From the NCBI RefSeq assembly GCF_947301925.1, contig NZ_CAMYUE010000002.1:190131-254130 (forward strand): a stretch of DNA of 64,000 nucleotides, read 5' to 3'. The notes under the pieces are model-generated. The model did not search any database and was not told the DNA's origin. It worked only from the letters and a program-made list of their open reading frames with translations. The DNA is from an uncultured Ruminococcus sp. (GTDB lineage Bacteria > Bacillota > Clostridia > Oscillospirales > Ruminococcaceae). The position numbers were made by a program, and so were the translations under genes. Of the stretch, positions 19,562 through 28,909 are shown in pieces; position 1 is the stretch's first letter; each line of letters opens with the position of its first letter.

Positions 19562-19951
19562 TCACTTTCCGTCCTCATTATTTCCCGAAAGCTTCAGATA
19601 ATGCGCCTTCAGAAGCGAAAAAGTCTCATCTGAGATATCATGCTCCACCTTGCAGGCGTCCTCTGCGGCGATATCCTTCTTGACGCCAAGATATGTGAAG
19701 AATGAAGTGAGTACTGTGTGTCTGTCATATATATGCTCCGCAACTCTGCGGCCTGCGTCCGTAAGCTTTATATGATTATCCCCGTCAACAGTCACAAGTC
19801 CCTCGTCCTTCATCTTCTTGAGTATGATAGATACCGTGGGGCGCGAATATCCGAGGTATGAGCATATATCTATAGCATGAACATCAGGCTGCTTCTGGGA
19901 AAGAATAAGAATGGTCTCCAGATAGTTTTCAACTGCTTCAGTAATAGCCAT
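19562..19951 (-). CDS. DtxR/MntR-family metal-dependent transcriptional regulator
   Basis: 129 aa. ENYLETILIL...IDICSYLGYSRPTVSIILKKMKDEGLV is the DtxR-type wHTH, followed by a metal-binding/dimerisation helix region. Confidence 0.85.
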   Translation of the reverse strand: MAITEAVENYLETILILSQKQPDVHAIDICSYLGYSRPTVSIILKKMKDEGLVTVDGDNHIKLTDAGRRVAEHIYDRHTVLTSFFTYLGVKKDIAAEDACKVEHDISDETFSLLKAHYLKLSGNNEDGK

Positions 19952-20004
19952 AACGATTCTCCTTTGATAAAATTTTTACCGTGTTAATCATTGTATACAT
20001 ATTC

Positions 20005-20033
20005 ATTATATCATACTATCCGCAAAAAAGCAA
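20005..20033 (-). promoter_or_regulatory. Sigma-A promoter of the DtxR-led operon
   Basis: On the - strand: TTGCTT, a 17-nt spacer, then TATAAT with an extended TG. The palindromic TGTATACA lies just downstream and is a possible operator. Confidence 0.6.
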
Positions 20034-20100
20034 CATCCGCCGTAAATTCTTTCCTCCCCCGGATAAATTATATTCGATCTCCACTGCTATTAAGCCCTTT

Positions 20101-22158
20101 TCACAGCAGAGGATGACGGCGGAAATCCCACGAGGTCTCGAAGCTGTCCCAGTCCTGACGGCACAGGGCGATATTCTCCCTTACAAGAGCGTTTATCTCC
20201 CGGCTCTGTCCGGTTTTTCCGGGCATGGGCAGCCTTGCTATATCCCCGGGGTTCATGTTGAGTGTGGGATTCAGCACACGGGAGAGCTCGCGGACAGGCT
20301 TGCTGTTAAGCAGTCCCAGCAGGAAGAGCAGCGCCTCCTCATCATCGGGGAAGGCACTGGTGCCCGCCACGTTGAACATAAAGTTTTCGTCGAAATACCG
20401 CACGGAAAGCTCTCCGCTGGTTATCTGCGACCAGCTTACCGAGGGGCGGAAATTATAGGCAAGCCCCTGGGGACGCGAACGGAGCTTCCCCTTTTCGTCG
20501 CGGAAATCGTTTATCTCGGCGCCGTCGTTCTCCCAGTTCACTACGAACTCGCGGTTCCCGTACCACTTTCGGTAGCTGCCGCCCTTGTTGAGCAGATACC
20601 ATTTCTTTTTACGACTGCCCGAAAATGCAGTATTGTTCTTTTCAACCTCAAACCACCTGCGCAGGAAACGGTCATTGTCTCCAGTTATAAGCCCTTCGCG
20701 GACGGGTATGAGACTCCCCAGCGGTACGCCCTCAAAAGCACGGAGTACAGCCTTCCCAGGCCAGTATGCCACAGGAGAAGTCGGGATCCGCAAGAAATCC
20801 GCCGCCGAAGCTGTGAAGCGGTATCGGCAGTCCTTCTCCGACAGGGCCGAAAGCACCATTTTACGCTGCTGTTCCATATCTCCCCTGAAGTCTGTCAGCC
20901 GCAGGAATATGCCTGTATCGGAAGAATGGTCCTTTCTTGCCGTGAACGAACACAGGGGCACAGTGGCGTCCCCAAAAGCAGAATACTCGAAATGAATGAG
21001 GGTCTGCACAGGACACTCGGTACATATCAGCCGCCGAAGTTTCTCATAGGACTGCAGAAAGAGCCATGTAGCAGGAGTCAGGAAGCCGATATATCCGCCT
21101 TTGCGGAGGTTTTTTATGCTCCTCGCCATAAAGGCTGAAAACAGATCTGCGCTGTAATCACGGTAGTCCCTGTCCATCAGCTCCGACAGCTCGCGGTTCA
21201 TGGCGGACTTTCCAAGGTAGGGAGGATTGGTCACAATTATGTCGTAATCCTGAGTCAGAAGCTGACCGATAATTGCGCTCTTATCATTACGCTCCGTAAG
21301 ATCATCGCAGCTCATGAGTGAGCCTGCCGCCTGACTTATACCTGCAAAATCATACACCATAGGACGTGCTGACGAGCCGTATGCGGCCGCTTTCATGCGC
21401 AGGGCAGTCTCCGCCAGAGCCCTCGCCCTCTCGTCCAGCTCAAGGCCGAAAAGATTGCAGCCGAGGGTCTTGTCTGCCGCCTCTTTATCCGTATATCCAC
21501 ATTTGCGGTAGAGCTCCATGAAAACGTCAAAGGCATAGAGCAGCACATTGCCGCTGCCCATGCATGGGTCAATGAACCTTATTTCCTCCGGAGCGCGTTT
21601 TTCCGCCTCGGCACCGCCGCCGAAGCTCAGCTCCCCTGCGCCGGTATCATAGCCCATGCCCCGCAGATACACGGTCAGGGTATTCTGCACCATATACCTC
21701 ACTATCCACCGCGGAGTGAATATCTGTGTCGCCGCCGCTATCCTGTCTGCGCTTAGACGTTTGCTGTTTTTCAGACCTGCAGCGATCTCGTTCCTGATAG
21801 GCTCGTTGAAATACTGGTGGAGCTGTCCCAGTGCGTATCCGCCGTCAGATAATGCGTCGCCCAGCATGAGGAGCTTCGCAGCTGTTCCGCCGTCAGCTAT
21901 CAGCTGCGGCGGAACGGGCAGCTCGGGGTACAATGTGAATATACCGCCGGATATGCCGCCGAGCTGCCTGCACTTTTCCGTGAAAAGTGCACTGCGAAGC
22001 TCCCCAGGGGCGTCCATAAGTGCGGAGATAAAGTCGGGCTCAGCCATATATGCCGCGCATAGCCGCATAAAACCGTAATAGGCCGTCTTTTCGTCGGAAT
22101 CCGCCATGAGCTCGTTTCTGGCGCTTACGGCGAATCGTTTCAGCTGTGCTGTATCCAC
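20101..22158 (-). CDS. PglX-like (BREX-type / type IIG-like) N6-adenine DNA methyltransferase, short form
   Basis: AATQIFTPRWIVRYMVQNTL (the PglX N-domain hallmark), motif I IDPCMGSGN and motif IV TNPPYLGK. It ends right after SWDFRRHPLL. The GTG start is 6 nt after AGGAGG (codon 9 of the track ORF). Confidence 0.8.
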   Translation of the reverse strand: MDTAQLKRFAVSARNELMADSDEKTAYYGFMRLCAAYMAEPDFISALMDAPGELRSALFTEKCRQLGGISGGIFTLYPELPVPPQLIADGGTAAKLLMLGDALSDGGYALGQLHQYFNEPIRNEIAAGLKNSKRLSADRIAAATQIFTPRWIVRYMVQNTLTVYLRGMGYDTGAGELSFGGGAEAEKRAPEEIRFIDPCMGSGNVLLYAFDVFMELYRKCGYTDKEAADKTLGCNLFGLELDERARALAETALRMKAAAYGSSARPMVYDFAGISQAAGSLMSCDDLTERNDKSAIIGQLLTQDYDIIVTNPPYLGKSAMNRELSELMDRDYRDYSADLFSAFMARSIKNLRKGGYIGFLTPATWLFLQSYEKLRRLICTECPVQTLIHFEYSAFGDATVPLCSFTARKDHSSDTGIFLRLTDFRGDMEQQRKMVLSALSEKDCRYRFTASAADFLRIPTSPVAYWPGKAVLRAFEGVPLGSLIPVREGLITGDNDRFLRRWFEVEKNNTAFSGSRKKKWYLLNKGGSYRKWYGNREFVVNWENDGAEINDFRDEKGKLRSRPQGLAYNFRPSVSWSQITSGELSVRYFDENFMFNVAGTSAFPDDEEALLFLLGLLNSKPVRELSRVLNPTLNMNPGDIARLPMPGKTGQSREINALVRENIALCRQDWDSFETSWDFRRHPLL

Positions 22159-22180
22159 ATTATACCTCCTCACAATTTCC

Positions 22181-22205
22181 AAAGGCGGACATGAAGTCCG
22201 CCTTT
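22181..22205 (-). terminator. Stem-loop between the GNAT stop and the PglX-like start
   Basis: Perfect 10-bp stem AAAGGCGGAC/GTCCGCCTTT. The U-tract on the - strand is weak, so it may attenuate rather than terminate. Confidence 0.45.
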
Positions 22206-22208
22206 ATA

Positions 22209-22712
22209 TTATCTGATATGAAGCTCCGAAACAATGGCCTCAAATACTGTCCTGCCGTTGTCACGGGAATACTGCGCATTGTACTCGGGAACAAAGCCGC
22301 ACTTTTCAAGCACCCGTCCCGATGCAGCGTTATCTCTGGCATAGTAAGCAGTGAAGTCCCTGATACCGCGCTCCGAGACTGCCCACTCTATAACAGCCCT
22401 TGCCGCTTCGGTGGCATAGCCCTGCCGCCAGAAGCGACGGTTCAGATTGTAGCCCAGCTCGTAAAGACCGCATTTTTCACTCCATTCCAGAGTGATGTCA
22501 CCTATGACCTTTCCTGCGCCTTTCAGCTCGATGGCATACTTGTCGCCGTCCGCGATCCACTCCTCTATCCTCTGCCGCGTCTCTTCGATGTCAGCGTCGC
22601 AGGGATAGGGCATGAACCTGTTCACCTCGGGATCGGAGCGCCATTCAAAGGCGTCCTCTGCGTCGGAAGTTTGAAACGGACGTATTAGAAGTCTTTCGGT
22701 CTTTATTTCCAT
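22209..22712 (-). CDS. GNAT family N-acetyltransferase (RimJ/RimL-like)
   Basis: 167 aa. RLLIRPF...NRRFWRQGYATEAARAVIEWA is typical of the GNAT acetyl-CoA binding core. Confidence 0.85.
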   Translation of the reverse strand: MEIKTERLLIRPFQTSDAEDAFEWRSDPEVNRFMPYPCDADIEETRQRIEEWIADGDKYAIELKGAGKVIGDITLEWSEKCGLYELGYNLNRRFWRQGYATEAARAVIEWAVSERGIRDFTAYYARDNAASGRVLEKCGFVPEYNAQYSRDNGRTVFEAIVSELHIR

Positions 22713-22718
22713 TAATTA

Positions 22719-24242
22719 TCAGAGTGAAGCCAGCTTTGCGAACTGTGCCTTCAGTGCGGGATAGATCTCTCTGTAGAGCTGATAATACTTCTCGTACTCG
22801 GGAACGTTCTTCTCGTCGGGAGCCTGTACCTTGTCGGTCCTGATGATAGCTCCGCAGGCCTCTGTTACGCTGCTGTAGATGCCAGCGCCAACGCTTGCAA
22901 GGATAGCTACGCCCAGTGCGGGTCCCTCCTTTGAAGCAACTGTCTTAACGTTGCAGTTGTAAAGATCGGCAAGCATACTTCTCCAGAGCGGTGAGGATCC
23001 GCCGCCGCCGCAGGCCATCATGTCGTTTACGTTTACGTTCATCTCACGGAATACCTCTACGCAGTCACGGAGAGAGTAGGTAACTCCCTCAAGAACAGCG
23101 CGGAGCATATCCTTTCTTGTATGTATGGCTGAAAGGCCGAAGAATACGCCTCTTGCGTCGGGATCAAGGTGAGGAGTTCTCTCGCCCATGAGGTAAGGCA
23201 GATAGAGAAGTCTGTTTGCACCTACGGGAACTGTCTCAGCCTGCTTGTCCATGAGGTAGTACTCGTCAACGCCCATGAGCTTTGCGGTCTCCTTCTCGGT
23301 CATGCAGAAGTTGTCCCTGAACCACTTCAGTGAAAGGCCTGCGCCCTGTGTAACGCCCATAACGTGCCATGAACCCGGAACTGCTGCACAGCAGGTATGA
23401 ACTCTGCCCTTCTTGTCGATGGATATATCCGAAGTATGAGCGAATACAACGCCCGATGTTCCTATAGTTGTAAAGGCCTTGCCGTCCTCAACGACGCCTG
23501 TGCCCACAGCAGCTGCTGCGTTGTCGCCTGCACCGCCTACTACGATGGTGCCCTCGCAGAGACCGAGAGTCTCGGCCATCTTCTTTGTAAGAGTGCCTGT
23601 TACCTCACAGCTCTCATGCACCTTGCCCAGCCAGTTCTTGTCGATCTCGAATGCGCTGAGGAGCTCGTCGGACCACTTGCGGTTAGGTACGTCAAGAAGC
23701 TGCATACCGGAAGCGTCGGATACCTCTGTTGCGTATTCGCCTGTGAGTATGAGTCTCAGATAGTCCTTGGGGAGGAGAATATGAGCCACCTTTGAGTACA
23801 CCTCGGGCTCGTTGTTCTTTACCCAGAGTATCTTTGCGGCTGTCCAGCCTGTGAGGGCAGGATTTGCCGTGATCTCAACAAGCTTTTCCCTGCCGACGAT
23901 ACGGTTCATTTCCTCTACCTCGGCAGCTGTTCTCTGGTCGCACCAGATAATGGACTTGCGGAGAACGTTGTTGTCCTTGTCCAGCATAACGAGACCGTGC
24001 ATCTGTCCCGATATACCGATACCCTTTACGTCCTCCTTCTTAACGCCGCTCTTTGCCATTACAGCCTTTACGGTCTCGATCATTGCGTTTGCCCAGTCAG
24101 CAGGCTCCTGCTCCGCATAGCCGTTCTTGGGCTGATACATAGGATATTCGATGGTCTTTGAAGCGATAACGCTTCCTTTCTCGTCAAAAAGGACTGTTTT
24201 TGTACCGCTGGTACCGCAGTCCACACCAATTACATATGCCAT
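22719..24242 (-). CDS. xylB: Xylulokinase
   Basis: FGGY-family kinase with VIGVDCGTSGTK, GISGQMHG and GGGSSPLWRSMLAD. The ATG at codon 4 of the track ORF is preferred over TTG. Confidence 0.9.
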   Translation of the reverse strand: MAYVIGVDCGTSGTKTVLFDEKGSVIASKTIEYPMYQPKNGYAEQEPADWANAMIETVKAVMAKSGVKKEDVKGIGISGQMHGLVMLDKDNNVLRKSIIWCDQRTAAEVEEMNRIVGREKLVEITANPALTGWTAAKILWVKNNEPEVYSKVAHILLPKDYLRLILTGEYATEVSDASGMQLLDVPNRKWSDELLSAFEIDKNWLGKVHESCEVTGTLTKKMAETLGLCEGTIVVGGAGDNAAAAVGTGVVEDGKAFTTIGTSGVVFAHTSDISIDKKGRVHTCCAAVPGSWHVMGVTQGAGLSLKWFRDNFCMTEKETAKLMGVDEYYLMDKQAETVPVGANRLLYLPYLMGERTPHLDPDARGVFFGLSAIHTRKDMLRAVLEGVTYSLRDCVEVFREMNVNVNDMMACGGGGSSPLWRSMLADLYNCNVKTVASKEGPALGVAILASVGAGIYSSVTEACGAIIRTDKVQAPDEKNVPEYEKYYQLYREIYPALKAQFAKLASL

Positions 24243-24426
24243 AAAATGCAACTCCTTTTGAATATTTACAGGGGCCTATCCCTGCATTATCATTCTCTAA
24301 ATCATAATATCCCTTGTCAGCATCATAATCGGGAGCTATCCCCATCCGCAGTCTGTGCCGCGGTAATACTACAGCGCTGCGGACATTCTCCTTGCGGAGC
24401 CGCTGTCTCCGCAGCGCCCTGTTTCA

Positions 24427-25728
24427 TCAGTTAAGAAGGTCTATGGAGAAATGTCTTGAGTTCACGTCGTAGTAGTCCTCAAGCTCAGCCACATAGAAGC
24501 GGAATACCACCTTGTCGGTGATGACCTCGGTGTCGTTGACGCCCTCGGGTACTTCCTCGCCCTCCTCATAGGTACGGGGCTCGGCTGATACCAGCATAAC
24601 GTCGCCGCTCTCTGAAACGCCCAGAGACGCCAGCTGCTCGTCCGTGAGAGAATTAAGGAGAACTGTGTGGTTCTTCTTTACGTTGAAGAGGGTTATGCCT
24701 GTTGCGGCGTCCACCTGCTCGCTGTTGAATATCCTCAGAGCCTTGGGTGTGAGCTCCTTGAAGTATATCCTCTGGCCCGCGGACTTTTCCATCTCATCCA
24801 TTACCTCTGCCGAGGGAGCCTTGATGTAGTACCTTCCGTCTGCCTCCTTGCCTATGCCGAAGAAGTCCAGCTGATCGTCGGTAAGAGTGTCCAGCGGAAC
24901 GGGATCAACGTCGGAGGCGGTCTTGTTTATGGCAAATTTGCGGCTTGCCGAGAGAGTTGTCAGCACCAGCTTGTTATCGTAGGTGTAGCCAAGCTTTTCA
25001 AGCTCTGCGTCTGTAACCGTTACCTCTATCCTGTCGGAGATGGAATTGAGGTGATCTGTTATCTCCTGACGGTTCTGGGTGGTCCAGTTGACTACAACGT
25101 TCTGCTGTGTGGGACGGTGCATATATACTACCCTCTCCATATTCTTGAGGGTGAATGTAGCGAAGGAGTACTTCAGATCGGCCGTATTGGGCTCAACATA
25201 TATGGCAGTGCTGCCGTTGGAGGTATCCTCGGTATTAACTATCCTGTAGCGGTATGCTCCCGAGGGAGATACGCCTGTGTCGATGACCTCCTCCTTGGTG
25301 GCAGCCACAAAGAACGAGGTGAAAAGGAAGTAGCCCAGTGCGCCGAATATATACAGAAGAAGTATGATAGTGGCAATGGCCGTTTTCATTCCCTCTCCCG
25401 CGCCCGAAAGCAGGAGTATGACGATACCCACTATCACTATGGGTATTATCAGTCCCCACTCGCCGAAGTACAGCAGCACCACAGGCAGCATTGCGGGAAG
25501 GATTATGAAGCTGGATATCCTTGTGATGATCTGGTGGCGGGTGTAGAGCATTACTATCAGCGCCAGCAGGGATATTCCCGAAACTGCAAGACACAGTGAT
25601 GTACGCTGTGATATGTGCATATCATAGAATATGGACAGATACGAGAGCTTGCACACAAAGAAGGTATACACCGCGCTCAGTATCGAAATGACTCTTTTTG
25701 TCCAGACATTTCCAAAAAACTTTTTCAT
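24427..25728 (-). CDS. Membrane protein with a large extracytoplasmic C-domain, unknown function
   Basis: 433 aa with 4-5 N-terminal TM helices and then a soluble domain of about 290 aa. No family recognised. Confidence 0.6.
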   Translation of the reverse strand: MKKFFGNVWTKRVISILSAVYTFFVCKLSYLSIFYDMHISQRTSLCLAVSGISLLALIVMLYTRHQIITRISSFIILPAMLPVVLLYFGEWGLIIPIVIVGIVILLLSGAGEGMKTAIATIILLLYIFGALGYFLFTSFFVAATKEEVIDTGVSPSGAYRYRIVNTEDTSNGSTAIYVEPNTADLKYSFATFTLKNMERVVYMHRPTQQNVVVNWTTQNRQEITDHLNSISDRIEVTVTDAELEKLGYTYDNKLVLTTLSASRKFAINKTASDVDPVPLDTLTDDQLDFFGIGKEADGRYYIKAPSAEVMDEMEKSAGQRIYFKELTPKALRIFNSEQVDAATGITLFNVKKNHTVLLNSLTDEQLASLGVSESGDVMLVSAEPRTYEEGEEVPEGVNDTEVITDKVVFRFYVAELEDYYDVNSRHFSIDLLN

Positions 25729-25915
25729 TATTGCCTCCGAATATCTTGATCTATATAAAAGCTATGCGGCTAAAAAAGTCACACACAGTATATTATATCA
25801 TTTTTCTTCTCGGTTTACAAGGTATTTTTGAAAATTTTTCCTTTGAAAACTGCCGCTTTACAAAAGTCAGCAATAATTGTATAATATACATAGCAAGAAA
25901 TGGAAGGGATAACCA

Positions 25916-26440
25916 ATGAAGAAACATCTGAATATAACAAAGGTATGTCAGATACTGTTCATGATACTGACAATTGCCATAATGGTGACTATATTCGTGC
26001 TGTCTGCCGAGGACGCGGAGGAGTCGTCGGATACCAGCAGCACCCTTACAAAGGCTGCCGTAGTCATAATCGACAGGAACTACTATCAGGAGCCCCCCGT
26101 AAAACAGCAGGAGATTTGGCACAAGGCCTCCTTCATAGTGAGGAAGCTGGCTCATTTCTCAATATATGCAGCTCTCGGCTTCTGCGCTTCGATAACGGCG
26201 GGAAAGCGCAGGCTGTTCACGCTGAAAAGTCTGGGAGTTATCGCCTTCGGCTTCCTGTATGCTGTCTCCGACGAGTTCCACCAGAGCTTCTCCGCAGGCC
26301 GCTCCTGCGAATTCAGGGATATGATGATAGACACAGGCGGAGTTACCGCAGGTATGCTGGTATCACTTGTGTTCATGGGGATAATTGCTTTTTTGGTGCG
26401 CAAACGGCAAAAAGCAGTCGAGCTGAGAGCTAAGAACTAA
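25916..26440 (+). CDS. VanZ family protein
   Basis: 174 aa with four TM helices and the VanZ motifs RKLAHFSIYAALG and SDEFHQSF. Confidence 0.8.
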   Translation: MKKHLNITKVCQILFMILTIAIMVTIFVLSAEDAEESSDTSSTLTKAAVVIIDRNYYQEPPVKQQEIWHKASFIVRKLAHFSIYAALGFCASITAGKRRLFTLKSLGVIAFGFLYAVSDEFHQSFSAGRSCEFRDMMIDTGGVTAGMLVSLVFMGIIAFLVRKRQKAVELRAKN

Positions 26441-26520
26441 GATGAAACGCCGTCCCCGGCGTTCCAGGCAAACAAAAAGCCCGTAAGAAGTATTAGCTTC
26501 TTACGGGCTTTACTGCTGTT

Positions 26521-27741
26521 TTACTGCATACCGCCTCTTACATAGAAGTTATCCTGAATGATAAGAGCACAGCCGCCAAGGAAGTTGTTCTTGCCGTCAA
26601 GCTTGCTGAGAACTACCCTGTCTGCGATCTCCTCACTTACAAGGCGTATCATCTCACGCTTGCAGTAATCGAACTGCTTTTCGTTGAGCTTGAAGTTGTG
26701 AAGAACTATCCTCTTTGCAAAGTGACTGATAGCCAGATTGTTGATAAGAACAGTATACTTGGCGATAAGATCGTCCACAACGTTCTTTACCGTCTCCTCG
26801 CCTCTCATGAGAGCCATGAACACGTTATCGGTATTGATAGCGTTCTTGTCGCCCTCTGTGAGCTCATAGAGCACGGGTGTCTTGTCCTTGGAATAGATCT
26901 CGCAGAAAGCATTGAGCATAGCCGTCCTTGAGAGCTCTGCCTTTACGGAGCCGTTGGGATAGCCCTCATAGGACTTTCCGTTGGGACATACGATGTATCT
27001 CTCGATAGTGGAGGTATAGGAAACGTAGTCTGCGGAGAGCTCGTTCTTGTTGATGATTGCAAGATTTACCTGATTTCCGTTGTGGATGAAGGCCTGATTG
27101 GTCTGATAGCCGTTCTGTGTCCTGAAATCATTGCTTGCAAGAGCCATAAGTCCGATGGCATTGCCGCAGTGTATCTCAAAGTTGAGACCGCCCGAGAGCT
27201 TGTCTATAAAGTTGGTGAAATCCAGCACGCCGTCCTTGTAGAAGATCTTCAGCTTGCCCCACATGGAGGGCACGACGCCTACGCCCAGACCCAGTATCTT
27301 GTCCTTGGTAAGAGCGCTGTTCTCGACCATTTCATTGCTTGTCTTGATTATGTAATTGATGATATCCTTGCTGGTGGTCCTGTCGTCGATGACCATGCTT
27401 GCCTTGTCCAGCACCTCGGAATTGAGATTGGTAAGACCTATGCTTACCTCCTTCTCGTCAACGGTAGCGCCGAGAGCAAAGCGGCTGTTTACATTGATAT
27501 CGATGAGGATCTTCCTTCTGCCCTTCTGGAGCTTCTCGGTATTTACGGGAGCCTCGCCGATCTCGACAAGTACGCCCTCCTCGATCATTTCGTTTGTGAT
27601 AATAGTTACGGCAGCCCTTGTGATCTCGAGAGCGCTGGCAACATCAACTCTGGAAATAGGGCCTGATTCTCTTATTACCCTCAGTATCTGCATTCGGTTT
27701 CTTCTTTTAAGATCGAGCTTACTGATACCTCTTTTTTCCAT
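26521..27741 (-). CDS. ROK family transcriptional regulator
   Basis: 406 aa with an N-terminal MarR-like wHTH (NRMQILRVIRESGPISRVDVASALEITRAAVTIITNEM) and a sugar-kinase-like ROK body lacking an obvious catalytic Zn motif. Confidence 0.85.
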   Translation of the reverse strand: MEKRGISKLDLKRRNRMQILRVIRESGPISRVDVASALEITRAAVTIITNEMIEEGVLVEIGEAPVNTEKLQKGRRKILIDINVNSRFALGATVDEKEVSIGLTNLNSEVLDKASMVIDDRTTSKDIINYIIKTSNEMVENSALTKDKILGLGVGVVPSMWGKLKIFYKDGVLDFTNFIDKLSGGLNFEIHCGNAIGLMALASNDFRTQNGYQTNQAFIHNGNQVNLAIINKNELSADYVSYTSTIERYIVCPNGKSYEGYPNGSVKAELSRTAMLNAFCEIYSKDKTPVLYELTEGDKNAINTDNVFMALMRGEETVKNVVDDLIAKYTVLINNLAISHFAKRIVLHNFKLNEKQFDYCKREMIRLVSEEIADRVVLSKLDGKNNFLGGCALIIQDNFYVRGGMQ

Positions 27742-27975
27742 ATTACAACAACTCCATTCTTCTTGATCTTTTTTCGGGATCGTGTCCCAAGCTGTACAAA
27801 CTGCATATCCCCACAGGACTTTTTAACATTGTTTACTGTTATAACTGCCTGTATAATTTTATTTTTTTATAAAAAAGTCAATCTCTTTTAACGTAATTAT
27901 ATTATAACACATTATTATTAAAATTCAAACCTTTTAACGCAATTATTTATAAAATCAGCGTTTTTGACAAAGGAT

Positions 27976-28908
27976 TCAGAGCTTTTTTGTTAAATATTCC
28001 GTAGCATTTACCACCAGCGGCAAAGATGCTACAGAAAGTATAGTTCCCGCAGTAAAGATCTCCGAAGCATAGACAGAATTTTTGCCGTACCTTATGCTCA
28101 TCAGGGTGCCCATTGCCGCAGGAGGCGCGGCAGCTGCTATGAGGACAGTCATGCGAACCTTCCCGTCTATCCCAGTCAGCAGAGCCAGCGGCACTGCAAG
28201 TATCAGCGGGAATATTATCAGCTTCAGCAGGCATACGAAGTAGACCCTGTAGTTTTTCAGCATTTTCGGCACATTTGTAGCAGCTATGGTCACTCCCGAT
28301 ACTATCATGGCAACGGGAGTGTTCATCTCCTTTATGTAGCCCAGGGCGCTCAGCGCCACCGAGGGCAGCCTTATCTCAAGGAAGAAGGTGATGAGTCCGA
28401 GGAAAATGGAGATTATAGTCGGAGAGTAAAAGACCTTCACCACCTGCCTGAAGTCCTTTTTCCCCGATATGAGTATAACGCCGTGAGTCCATACCGCCAG
28501 ATTGAACACGGTGATGAATGCGGTAAGGTAGAACACGCCCTCTTCATGGTATATGGCGTCAACAAGGGGGATCCCCATGAAGCCGCAGTTGGAATAGACA
28601 GATGAAAAGCGCTCTATCTCGAACTCCCTGCCCTGCTTTTTTCTCACGAACACGCAGGAGAGGAGTATCACGGCGGCTATGACTGCCACAGATATAACAA
28701 AGGTCAGCAGCAGGTTCCTTGCAAGCTCTGTTTTATAGGGCTTCTGATAGGACATGAATATGACCACGGGATTTACCACCTGGAGCACGAACCTTGACAG
28801 CTCCTTGTTGGAGGCCTCGCTTATGAGGCCTGTCTTCGAGCACATTACGCCCACGCCGATGAGTATCAGCATGATAATCGTCTGGCTGAATATAGTAGAT
28901 GATACCAT
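27976..28908 (-). CDS. AEC (auxin efflux carrier) family permease
   Basis: 310 aa with about 10 TM helices and the typical AEC N-terminus (IFSQTIIMLILIGVG). Confidence 0.82.
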   Translation of the reverse strand: MVSSTIFSQTIIMLILIGVGVMCSKTGLISEASNKELSRFVLQVVNPVVIFMSYQKPYKTELARNLLLTFVISVAVIAAVILLSCVFVRKKQGREFEIERFSSVYSNCGFMGIPLVDAIYHEEGVFYLTAFITVFNLAVWTHGVILISGKKDFRQVVKVFYSPTIISIFLGLITFFLEIRLPSVALSALGYIKEMNTPVAMIVSGVTIAATNVPKMLKNYRVYFVCLLKLIIFPLILAVPLALLTGIDGKVRMTVLIAAAAPPAAMGTLMSIRYGKNSVYASEIFTAGTILSVASLPLVVNATEYLTKKL

Positions 28909-28909
28909 T

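Noticed and set aside
20005-20020. A shared operator between the DtxR-operon promoter (TGATATAATGAATATG) and the 111-bp repeat (TTATAATGAATGCTCC)
   Set aside because: The common TATAATGAAT string is only 10 nt and mostly consists of the -10 hexamer. I cannot separate it from chance without a genome-wide motif search.
20101-22182. A complete BREX defence system
   Set aside because: Only the methyltransferase-like gene is present. No PglZ, BrxA/B/C/L, helicase or protease genes occur anywhere in the window, so a functional BREX locus cannot be claimed.
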